Of a DNA stretch of 32,000 nucleotides, positions 11,001 through 17,635 are shown one piece after another; positions within the stretch are counted from its first letter, which is position 1, and each line of letters opens with the position of its first letter. The notes beneath the pieces are model-generated. The model was not told the origin of the DNA. It did no database searches and was given only the letters and a program-made list of their open reading frames with translations. Source of the stretch: Phycisphaera mikurensis NBRC 102666 (GTDB lineage Bacteria; Planctomycetota; Phycisphaerae; Phycisphaerales; Phycisphaeraceae); the NCBI RefSeq assembly GCF_000284115.1, contig NC_017080.1, forward strand, positions 570,001-602,000. Direction: 5' to 3'. The position numbers and the translations under genes were made by a program.

Positions 11001-11604
11001 CGTGGTGGACGAACAAACCAACCGCGTCGTGAAGATCGGGGGCGGACCCGGCGGCAGCGGCACCACGCAGGTGGACCTGATCAAGCTCAGGAGCGGGGTG
11101 TCGCCGGAGGTCGGCGACGTCTTGGCGAAAGAAGACATCAAGGGGGTTTACGACATCAAATCATCGGCTTCAGGAAACGTCCCGCGGGCTCAACGATTGA
11201 AGCTCAAGGTCGTGAGCCAGGGTGGTGCCGCTGCCAACCAGGGTGGCGCGGGAGAAGTGAAGGTGACGCGCACCCGGTACCGCTGGACCGCCGGAGGGGG
11301 CTGGACGGAAAATCTAAAAGTCGCTCGTTCGCTGAAGGTGATGTCGGCCTTCGGGCTGACCACCACGGCTTCGGCCTTCGTCCACGCGGACGAGCTCGAC
11401 GCGGAGCTGCTCGACGTGGTCGCCGCGTTCGAGGAAGCCAAGCGGGTGGACCTGACGCAGCGCCCCGGCGTGCTGGCCATCGCGACGGGCAAGTTCGCCA
11501 ACTACCTGAGCCACTTCGACCCGAGCGGCAACGTGCAGGCGCTCTCGCTCGCGGCCTTCCTGCAGGTGCTCAGCAGCGACGCCTTTGAGCGGGGGGACCT
11601 GTGA
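5017..11604 (+). CDS. Giant LEPR-XLL-type surface protein: LamG-like region, delta-60-like repeats, DxDxDG Ca-binding repeats, PD-(D/E)xK-like C-terminal region
   Basis: 2195-aa ORF with DLEPLEQRILLSG; GHWRLDE...LDDARIYDRGL (LamG-like); repeated DGK(L/I)VVAGG...LDGSPDTGFG; DSDADGDGIRLLDE/DSLDTDGDGLHDDYE/SDTDGDGVSDLKEHE; C-terminal GNEVHRRV...TTQVDLIKL...KGVYDIKSS. GTG start is tentative. Confidence 0.85.
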   Translation: MEPPEPSGEPRPAPRAQLGPPPAARRPADLEPLEQRILLSGTLVSSLKGHWRLDEIAGSTASSGVAAVHATLLADAAFAPAGGRLGGALSLSGSGSAAVVGNVHDPGSGSQTASIWFRRPGGGAIGNDQFLFSKGNRYSTREGWSLNLESSTQEIRFRVNGSDSSAQRASVEADLPQDDRWHHLAAVIDRDAGTLRAYLDGDGSVWRTGGGGPTTRSLASVTHIDTDDPLTLGAVHDGHLLRGNFTGLLDDARIYDRGLGELEIQALASGATRFEPEVTATGSSSTLTAGAPSTLGLHAEHARPDRWAIDWGDGTSEELAGAAASRVHTFAGSGSPQQIAVTAFYGTEAFQAPIRDGGAEADFALGGRAVLDTGSRSWIRDGAVQRDGKLVVAGGPNFTVARFLADGTPDASFGPHGTGVVEIPTAGEGQAVALQRDGKIVVAGGSWFSLARLNLDGSPDTGFGSAGTGVVDDTFGSTFEANDLLIQDDGRIVLAGDGAGDFILARFDPDGRRDHSFGGPGANGRVQTDLYGARDSANAIAAGRDGRLYVTGRTTSAGSSDYDVALAAYSADGGLDRSFGSNGRARADFGDDDEAAFGIDVQPDGRVVVAGRSRVSDANSYDFATARFTAGGFLDASFGGDGTVTTHLGRGYDAAYGVVVLNTGQLLIGGRTSGLGTTNGYDYGVVRLDADGSRDLTFGEGGVSAIDFEGERDDAEALVVGNDGRIFLIGRADGKIGVAATTGFAAPDSGGSFGAGWRLATMKPHHVYGPTGYVGGAHYEHLPIVAEDGVGVARVLAGQSFVLPGDESSALATTGSLDFTAQAGAAAASAGLILAGFAELEGFGDTPKRRLNLRWTPGGGLLLEQGGTEVFRLAGPWADGNLHRFTLAWEGDRVTFFADGAVAASGTLVAATDWASCSPMFGDEKTDQRGTAAAQVIRDVTVGEGSFSVADAAAAVAAASTPLATASREAFIGYEATDGSFSQNFLAQRIISHDAGALADPAEIGRGWIQDGSFTPDVLLPGRPIYQTLLFGDPGSFQKVSTVYTTASVSGRSDANQMVRVSNGWITGEGSMALDLTSKSREIHWGLNVWDHDRYVQHGRFSHYVADGGGAASTNGTHSDLHLGWTDGKRFITSVLQAPAPIFRGHVSMTLGGDHRLTRIVHYHDPAGFVGSAPMTPLAAGLLRDRTGDSVPLSFIDGPEAAPGQTVGYGSVRLADGSSLVGIGLGAYHHPPAQTLGASTALGSGHAQTTSVASVRPTDARPVWMGAAQGGSTEILRLTYDPDDLSSARTHLGTGWIDEAWLKTTDTLNTRHFISANPASRFYLDPDSDADGDGIRLLDERLWWNTNPDSLDTDGDGLHDDYEISYRPVLAGLGGTVNPGAPDAASAYASQSPRTQLRELQVGQGDLFNPLVKDDPKADFDRDGLPNYLESSYGSHPGLSDTDGDGVSDLKEHEQGSSPVDPSDLGLAPPLATKERVSVTVGDPSPSHSEQWALEFNRTTPGGPGSTERVRLMAPDHGLVITEDFWFDVGADYTGVIQHVGSNTDPPDYDWTADVKLATELPPEQADRPRAALTVTEVNNKDEPVLPGGSDFNIDEGKIIVRLRPSVEIDLDVDSDNTAGLYGGPDGTDEEDEHEDAYGDPEHPGKILLANTLDHDRDLIPDYADGFGLDVGMPTADRSTGARFTPLNLEVTGVLELVPEAVLRIDYAASVPLEIQATPSDLFALPQTGNLRLWNLDASTARNGESLLNGGNFVAPGVYSFAELGLRRGASSGQLWLEAVGASDVIGGDRITASVGTLQEDDVAGETFLTLFSDTVGFTAVEVQLEQRNTAGGGWVDANGFLAADLRPFPDGSVPDHFVYRFAVEDPRFEAETITLGNHDLSLSGGSVRYSEEFGVARPGQAGMADSSYLILSAGEVDFSYNPNGSYPVEWVDDVAAADREVAAEVDRAVTDMHGRWAAPAPEPGNSPNPGAFGNEVHRRVSERLQGRPGWLVDVVVDEQTNRVVKIGGGPGGSGTTQVDLIKLRSGVSPEVGDVLAKEDIKGVYDIKSSASGNVPRAQRLKLKVVSQGGAAANQGGAGEVKVTRTRYRWTAGGGWTENLKVARSLKVMSAFGLTTTASAFVHADELDAELLDVVAAFEEAKRVDLTQRPGVLAIATGKFANYLSHFDPSGNVQALSLAAFLQVLSSDAFERGDL

Positions 11605-12212
11605 ACGACGGCCGTCGAAGCTACATCCACTTGTTCTGGGACATCCCCATCCCGGACTGGAAGCGAACCCTGGTCGAGATGGTGCGGGTCGCGGAGCTGG
11701 GGCATCCAAGAGCGGAAGTCCACGCGTGCGAGATCGACGGCTACGACGTGTGGATGCGGGAGGACGAGTTTTACTCCGAGGAAGAACCCCTCGCCATGAT
11801 GCCGCGGTCCGACGTCCGAACGTCGGACGCCCCCCCCCTCCGCGGCTCCCGGCTCATGTACATCGACTTCATTGGGCAAGCCGAGAGAAGACTGCGGCTG
11901 GCGGAGCTGGTGGAGTCTCTACAGGCGCGGATCCCGGAGGAGATCAGCGGCGGCGTCTTCCCGCCCTGGGATCCCTTCGTCAAGATCGGCCGCCACACCG
12001 TCTGGCAGCGACTCGGCGAGCAACCCAACGGCACGTTCGGGCCGCTCCTGCACGGGCGGCCGACGCTGTCGCTGTCCATCTCGGGTGACAACGGGCCCAA
12101 GCGCCAGGACGAGTACCGAAAACTCGTGCTCAGCGATCCCGTTCTCGCTGCACTCCGCGGCGACCTCGAGGTGAAGTTCGGCCCTTCGCAGGTCGTGATG
12201 TTCTGGGATTGA
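11601..12212 (+). CDS. Hypothetical partner protein, candidate immunity protein for the C-terminal domain of the upstream gene
   Basis: GTG start overlaps the upstream TGA (GTGA); 203 aa, acidic, no recognised domain. Confidence 0.6.
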   Translation: MNDGRRSYIHLFWDIPIPDWKRTLVEMVRVAELGHPRAEVHACEIDGYDVWMREDEFYSEEEPLAMMPRSDVRTSDAPPLRGSRLMYIDFIGQAERRLRLAELVESLQARIPEEISGGVFPPWDPFVKIGRHTVWQRLGEQPNGTFGPLLHGRPTLSLSISGDNGPKRQDEYRKLVLSDPVLAALRGDLEVKFGPSQVVMFWD

Positions 12213-12247
12213 ATCCCAAGCTCTCATGAGGCCGCTTTCTCAAGGGA

Positions 12248-12348
12248 GCGGAAAAGGTGACAGCCACGGCCCGCCGGGGCCTGGGCTGAATGCCGTTGCG
12301 GGGGCGGAAAAGGGGGCGAATGGCGGGGCGGAAAAGGTGACAGCCACG
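12248..12348 (+). repeat. Left-end repeats: two copies of GCGGAAAAGGTGACAGCCACG
   Basis: 12248-12268 and 12328-12348; inverted relatives at 20255-20293. Confidence 0.7.
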
Positions 12349-12381
12349 AATGGGGCTCGCCGGGGCCTGGGCTCGCCGGGC

Positions 12382-13716
12382 TCGCCGGGCTCGCCGGGGC
12401 CTGGCCACCTCGCAGGAGGCGTTGCTTCTTCCGGACGGTTTCTGTACGGTCCTCCTGCCGGGTCGCGTGACCCGCTCCCTCGCTCCTTCCGGAGGCTCCC
12501 TGTGCCGCGCCGCAACCGCTGCCTGATCGTCGACCCCGACCTCCCGCAGGCGTGGCACGTCAGCAACCGCTGCGCGAGGTCTCTGTTCCTGCTGGAGCCC
12601 GAGGCACAAGACCGCGGGGATCGGGAGCCGGAGGACCACCGCAAGGAGCTGCTGCTGGCGAGGCTGGAGAAGCTGGCGGCGGTCAGCTCCATCGAGGTGC
12701 TGGCCTTCAGCGTCGTGGGCAACCACCTGCACCTGGTCCTGCGCAACGTGCCCAAGGTCGGCCACGCCTGGTCGCCGCAGGAGGTGCTGGACCGCTGGCT
12801 GGCGCTGCACCCGCTGCGGAACCGCCAGGGCCCGCGGGAGCCCGAGGCCGGCGAGCTGGAGGCGCTGGTGGCCGACGAAGCGTGGGTTGCCGCCACGAGG
12901 CGGAAGCTGATGGACCTCTCGCAGTTCATGAAAGAGCTCAAGCAGCACGTGGCGGTGAAGGTGAACAAGCTCGAGAGCGGCAGCGGCGCCTTCTGGAGCG
13001 GTCGGTACAAGAGCAAGCCGATCGACGATCCCGAGGGTCACCAGCTGGTGCGTTCGATGGTGTACGTGGACCTGAACCCCCTGGCGGCGGGGCTGTGCGA
13101 TCGACCCGAGGACGGCCGCCACACCTCGCTGGAGGGGCGGCTGGGGCGGGACGGACCGGCCACGTCGGCCGGTGATCCTCTCGAGCGGGCACCCAGCGCC
13201 GCCTTCCGCCGCTCCCGCAGCGCCTCGTGGCTGGTGCCGCTGGTGGGCGAGGATCCCAGGTCGCGGATGCACGAAGCCGCCCGTGCCGCATCGGCGGCCG
13301 TGCCCGCTGCAGGCCGCACCGTCTTGGCCGGTCTGACCCTACGTCGGTACCTGCGTGTGGTGGACGCCGTTTCGCGTCTCTTGCGTGCAGGCAAGGCCTC
13401 GCTGGACCGCCGGCTGGCACCGATCCTCGAGCGTGTGGGCCTGGGCCCGGAGGACCTCCGCGTCGGCTTCACGCGTATGGCCACCGGCTCGCCGCACTTC
13501 TGACGCCAGCGGATCCGGGTTCCAGCGTCCCCGGCCGGTAGGCTGGCGGGTGTGTCATGCGCCACGCCAGCGGCATCACCCAACGCGAGAGCCGCGCGGG
13601 CTCGCAAACGGCTGGCGCTTGCCCGCGAGGACGCGGGAGGCCGCGCAACCTGCCCGAGCGGTCCGATCCGCGTCGAATGTGGAGGGGGCACCCGGACAGG
13701 GTCTAGGCCCCGGCAG
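12382..13716 (+). repeat. Long direct repeat, copy 1 (RAYT gene plus flanks)
   Basis: Near-identical to about 14002-15340; offset 1620-1624 bp. Confidence 0.85.
12502..13503 (+). CDS. REP-associated tyrosine transposase (RAYT/Y1_Tnp)-like protein, copy 1
   Basis: PRRNRCLIVDPDLPQAWHVSNRC...VLAFSVVGNHLHLVL (HUH-type HxH) ... FMKELKQ...GAFWSGRYKSKPI...LVRSMVYVDLNPLAAGL. GTG start. Confidence 0.82.
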   Translation: MPRRNRCLIVDPDLPQAWHVSNRCARSLFLLEPEAQDRGDREPEDHRKELLLARLEKLAAVSSIEVLAFSVVGNHLHLVLRNVPKVGHAWSPQEVLDRWLALHPLRNRQGPREPEAGELEALVADEAWVAATRRKLMDLSQFMKELKQHVAVKVNKLESGSGAFWSGRYKSKPIDDPEGHQLVRSMVYVDLNPLAAGLCDRPEDGRHTSLEGRLGRDGPATSAGDPLERAPSAAFRRSRSASWLVPLVGEDPRSRMHEAARAASAAVPAAGRTVLAGLTLRRYLRVVDAVSRLLRAGKASLDRRLAPILERVGLGPEDLRVGFTRMATGSPHF

Positions 13717-13767
13717 ACACCCGGCAGACACCCGGCAGACACCGGCAGACACCGGCAGACACAGACA

Positions 13768-13995
13768 GACGGTGTCCAGGCCCCGGCAGATCCAGACGGT
13801 GTCCAGGCCCCGGCAGATCCCCGGCAGATCCGGCAGATCCAGACGGTGTCCAGGCCCCGGCAGATCCCGGCAGATCCAGACGGTGTCCAGGCCCCGGCAG
13901 ATCCGGCAGATCCGATCGGCAGATCCCAGGCCCCGGCAGATCCCGTGTCCAGGCCCCGGCAGCCCCCCAGACGGTGTCCAGGCCCCGGCAGATCC
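13768..13995 (+). repeat. Array of five exact copies of GACGGTGTCCAGGCCCCGGCAGATCC
   Basis: Copies at 13768, 13795, 13842, 13879 and 13970, interspersed with CCGGCAGATC decamers. Confidence 0.9.
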
Positions 13996-14001
13996 ACCTG
14001 G

Positions 14002-15340
14002 TCGCCGGGCTCGCCGGGGCCTGGCCAGCTCACAGGAGGCGTTGCTTCTTCCGGACGGTTTCTGTACGGTCCTCCTGCCGGGTCGCGTGACCCGCTCCCT
14101 CGCTCCTTCCGGAGGCTCCCTGTGCCGCGCCGCAACCGCTGCCTGATCGTCGACCCCGACCTCCCGCAGGCGTGGCACGTCAGCAACCGCTGCGCGAGGT
14201 CTCTGTTCCTGCTGGAGCCCGGAGCCCAAGACCGCGGGGATCGCGAGCCGGAGGACCACCGCAAGGAGCTGCTGCTGGCGAGGCTGGAGAAGCTGGCGGC
14301 GGTCAGCTCCATCGAGGTGCTGGCCTTCAGCGTCATGGGCAACCACCTGCACCTGGTCCTGCGCAACGTGCCCGAGGTCGGCCACGCCTGGTCGCCGCGG
14401 GAGGTGCTGGACCGCTGGCTCGCCCTGCACCCGCTGCGGAACCGCCAGGGCCCGCGGGAGCCCGAGCCCGGCGAGCTGGAGGCGCTGGTGGCCGACAAAG
14501 GGTGGGTCGCCGCCACGAGGCGGAAGCTGATGGACCTCTCGCAGTTCATGAAAGAGCTCAAGCAGCACGTGGCCGTGGCCGTCAACAAGCTCGAGAGCGG
14601 CAGCGGCGCCTTCTGGAGCGGTCGGTACAAGAGCAAGCCGATCGACGATCCCGAGGGTCACCAGCTGGTGCGTTCGATGGTGTACGTGGACCTGAACCCC
14701 CTGGCGGCGGGGCTGTGCGATCGACCCGAGGACGGCCGGCACACCTCGCTGGAGGGGCGGCTGGGGCGGGACCAGCCAGCAACCCCGCAGCAAGCCGAGC
14801 CCGCCGAGCGGGCACCCACCGCCGCCTTCCGCCGCTCCCGCAGCGCCTCGTGGCTGGTGCCGCTGGCGGGCGAGGATCCCAGGTCGCGGATGCACGAAGC
14901 CGCCCGTGCCGCATCGGCGGCCGTGCCCGCTGCAGGCCGCACCGTCTTGGCCGGTCTGACCCTGCGTCGGTACCTGCGTGTGGTGGACGCCGTGTCGCGT
15001 CTCCTGCGTTCGGGCAAGGCCTCGCTGGACCGCCGTCTCGCGCCGATCCTCGAGCGTGTGGGCCTGGGCCCGGAGGACCTCCGCGTCGGCTTCGCGCGGA
15101 TGGCCACCGGCTCGCCGCACTTCTGACGCCAGCGGATCCAGGTTCCAGCGTCCCCGGCCGGTAGGCTGGCGGGTGTGTCATGCGCCACGCCAGCGGCATC
15201 ACCCAACGCGAGAGCCGCGCGGGCTCGCGAACGGCTGGCGCTTGCCCGCGAGGACGCGGGAGGCCGCGCAGGATGCTCCGAGCGGTCCGATCCGCGTCGG
15301 ATGTGGAGGGGGCACCCGGACGGTGTCCAGGCCCCGGCAG
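14002..15340 (+). repeat. Long direct repeat, copy 2
   Basis: See copy 1. Confidence 0.85.
14122..15126 (+). CDS. RAYT/Y1_Tnp-like protein, copy 2
   Basis: Near-identical to copy 1, same VLAFSVMGNHLHLVL core. Confidence 0.82.
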   Translation: MPRRNRCLIVDPDLPQAWHVSNRCARSLFLLEPGAQDRGDREPEDHRKELLLARLEKLAAVSSIEVLAFSVMGNHLHLVLRNVPEVGHAWSPREVLDRWLALHPLRNRQGPREPEPGELEALVADKGWVAATRRKLMDLSQFMKELKQHVAVAVNKLESGSGAFWSGRYKSKPIDDPEGHQLVRSMVYVDLNPLAAGLCDRPEDGRHTSLEGRLGRDQPATPQQAEPAERAPTAAFRRSRSASWLVPLAGEDPRSRMHEAARAASAAVPAAGRTVLAGLTLRRYLRVVDAVSRLLRSGKASLDRRLAPILERVGLGPEDLRVGFARMATGSPHF

Positions 15341-15396
15341 ATCCCGCGTCGGATGTGGAGGGGGCACCCGGACGGTGTCCAGGCCCCGGCAGATCC
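15293..15396 (+). repeat. 52-bp tandem duplication, two units, each containing the 26-mer
   Basis: CGCGTCGGATGTGGAGGGGGCACCCGGACGGTGTCCAGGCCCCGGCAGATCC at 15293-15344 and 15345-15396. Confidence 0.85.
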
Positions 15397-15442
15397 CCGG
15401 CAGATCCCGGCAGATCCGGCAGATCCGGCAGATCCCGGCAGA

Positions 15443-15641
15443 TCCGGATGGGTTTCACGGAATCTTGATCGACATCCTTCCTGAGTCCCCGGCCGTACCG
15501 TTCAGCAAAGCACAAGTCAAGGATGGTCTTCGCGAGGCGTATCGAAGATGGGCACATAAGGAAAGTACTCCATTCAATGAGTCTGAAGGAGCGAGATTGG
15601 CGGACGTACTCGATGCCTTTATCGACCGACTGCCAGATTGA
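15443..15641 (+). pseudogene. Orphan C-terminal fragment 1 (cassette-like tail)
   Basis: In-frame FHGILIDILPESPAVPFSKAQVKDGLREAYRRWAHKESTPFNESEGARLADVLDAFIDRLPD*, composition shifts to lower GC right after the repeats; no clear own start. Confidence 0.45.
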
Positions 15642-15645
15642 TCGT

Positions 15646-16533
15646 ATGCCTGTCCACATAAAGATCACTGTCTTTGAGCATTCCATAGGCTCGGAACATT
15701 TTGCAGAACTCTGCAAAGCTTATCCAGAGAATTTGCTGCCCTCCGGGCTATTTCGGATTACCCGAGAGCCGACGGATGCGAGAATGGTCCAAGTCCAAAA
15801 GCACCTCGCAGAATACGGGCTCAGACCTGCGCAAATGGGAGAGTCTTCTGGTGACGATGTTTATTGGGCCGACCCCGTGTCAGTCCCGACGCCCAAACAG
15901 CTTGCGGAAGCCGAGTGGTTCTCAATTGAGAACATGCTTGCAACCCGCGGCGACCGACTGCACAACGAGGAACTCGAATGGAAGGTGGAAGAGTGCGAAG
16001 ATGAAGGCGATCGTGAACACTGGCAAGAAACTCCGGTCCACGGCTGCTACGGCGCCGCCATCATGGTGACGGAGCAGATCGCGGAGGTGATCCGCGGCTG
16101 GGAAGCGCCCGAGCTGCGGGTGCAGCCGGTCCACTATCACACGCGCGACTGGTCCTCGAACACCAAGGTGCCCATGGAGTGGCGGGAGGCGGGGCTCGAG
16201 CCGCGGTTCTCCGTCGCCAGCCGGCTCACGCTGCCGCTGATGTCGGAGACCTGTCAGCCGGTCCACCGCCGCAGGGGCACGCCCCTGCCGCGAGGTTCGG
16301 ACGAGCCCGCGGCCATGCGACGACCCGAGGGCGAAGAGCAGTTCTGGTGCTACAAGCAGTCGGAGGTGGAGCAAATGCCTCCGTTCGACCTGGCCATGAC
16401 CCACGAGCGCCTAGGAAACTCTTCTCGAGCTCCACTGAACCACGGGCTGGTCTTCTCGAGACGCCTCACCGAACTGCTCAGCAGCGAAGACCCCAACATC
16501 ACCTGGTGGCCGGTGATGTTCGAGGACGAGTAG
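15646..16533 (+). CDS. Hypothetical protein, candidate partner/immunity gene 1
   Basis: ATG 15646, 4 nt after the preceding stop; MPVHIKITVFEHSIGSEHFAELCKAYPENLLPSG...; lower GC than surroundings. Confidence 0.6.
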   Translation: MPVHIKITVFEHSIGSEHFAELCKAYPENLLPSGLFRITREPTDARMVQVQKHLAEYGLRPAQMGESSGDDVYWADPVSVPTPKQLAEAEWFSIENMLATRGDRLHNEELEWKVEECEDEGDREHWQETPVHGCYGAAIMVTEQIAEVIRGWEAPELRVQPVHYHTRDWSSNTKVPMEWREAGLEPRFSVASRLTLPLMSETCQPVHRRRGTPLPRGSDEPAAMRRPEGEEQFWCYKQSEVEQMPPFDLAMTHERLGNSSRAPLNHGLVFSRRLTELLSSEDPNITWWPVMFEDE

Positions 16534-16735
16534 CGCTACCACGCGAGAAGGTGGACGCCGGGAGACGCCGGGGCCTAAACACCGGGGCGGAAAAGGCGGA
16601 AGGGCGGAGCGGAAAATGAGCGGAAAAGATGCCGGCCACCAAACCCACACGACCGCTCTGATCAGCGCACGCTCGGCTTTGCCGGGGCCTGGCCACCGCG
16701 GTTCGGGGGTTCGGGGGCCTGGCCACCGCGGGTCG

Positions 16736-17172
16736 CGGCCGTGCCCGCTGCAGGCCGCACCGTCCTGGCCGGTCTGACCCTGCGTCGGTACCTGCGTTCG
16801 GTGGACGCCGTTTCGCGTCTCTTGCGTGCAGGCAAGGCCTCGCTGGACCGCCGTCTCGCGCCGATCTTCGAGCGTGTGGGCCTGGGCCCGGAGGACCTCC
16901 GCGTCGGCTTCACGCGTATGGCCACCGGCTCGCCGCACTTCTGACGCCAGCGGATCCAGGTTCCAGCGTCCCCGGCCGGTAGGCTGGCGGGTGTGTCATG
17001 CGCCACGCCAGCGGCATCACCCAACGCGAGAGCCGCGCGGGCTCGCAAACGGCTGGCGCTTGCCCGCGAGGACGCGGGAGGCCGCGGGAGGCCGCGCAGG
17101 ATGCTCCGAGCGGTCCGATCCGCGTCGGATGTGGAGGGGGCACCCGGACGGTGTCCAGGCCCCGGCAGATCC
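16736..17172 (+). repeat. Truncated third copy: last ~200 bp of RAYT gene plus conserved downstream segment ending in the 26-mer
   Basis: Encodes RTVLAGLTLRRYLRSVDAVSRLLRAGKASLDRRLAPIFERVGLGPEDLRVGFTRMATGSPHF, matching both full copies; 26-mer at 17147-17172. Confidence 0.85.
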
Positions 17173-17586
17173 CCGCCTTCGTCCGATTCGTTAATCGCGC
17201 CGACTTCGAAGCCGGCAGCAACGCTCGCCTCGTCCCGGCCGCCGACGGCAGCGGCCGCCAGACGATCGTCCTCGGGACCGCGCAGGCCACGGGCGAGACC
17301 GCTACGCACGCCAATCAGGTCAACGCGATCGCGCAGCAGCTGGCCGAGTCCGGCGATTGGGCGCACATCTCCCTTGACCGCAACTACCGAACGGCGACGG
17401 GGCGGGTTTTCGACCCGAAAGTTGCCAATCCGCTGAATGGCAACCAAATGGTTTCGCCTCGGCCGGACATCGTTGCGGTGGGGCGGGATGGGAGGATGCA
17501 GGTGTTCGAGGTGCAGTCCGAGGGGCAGAACTTCGATCAGTTGGCCGAATACGTCAGAAGGCAGGAGGCCGCCGCCGTCCACGATT
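17173..17586 (+). pseudogene. Orphan C-terminal fragment 2, PD-(D/E)xK-like toxin-tail candidate
   Basis: FVRFVNRADFEAGSNARLVPAADGSGRQTIVLGTAQATGETATHANQVNAIAQQLAESGDWAHISLDRNYRTATGR...SPRPDIVAVGRDGRMQVFEVQSEGQ; begins directly after a 26-mer. Confidence 0.6.
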
Positions 17587-17635
17587 GACCGGGGACCACC
17601 GTCACGTTCCGGACCATCGAAGCCGGAGGCTCGTT

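Noticed and set aside
13700-14000. CRISPR array
   Set aside because: The 26-mers are directly repeated but the 'spacers' are irregular (1-65 nt) and made of the same repeat words; no cas genes seen.
13552-14121. N-terminal extension of the 13552..15126 ORF through the repeat array
   Set aside because: The extension is a translation of tandem repeats (GVQAPADPD...); homology begins at GTG 14122, as for copy 1 at GTG 12502.
12130-15120. Minus-strand ORFs over the RAYT copies (12130..13272, 13576..15120, 13038..14636)
   Set aside because: Antisense to the HUH-motif protein and through low-complexity repeats; no recognisable motifs, considered spurious.
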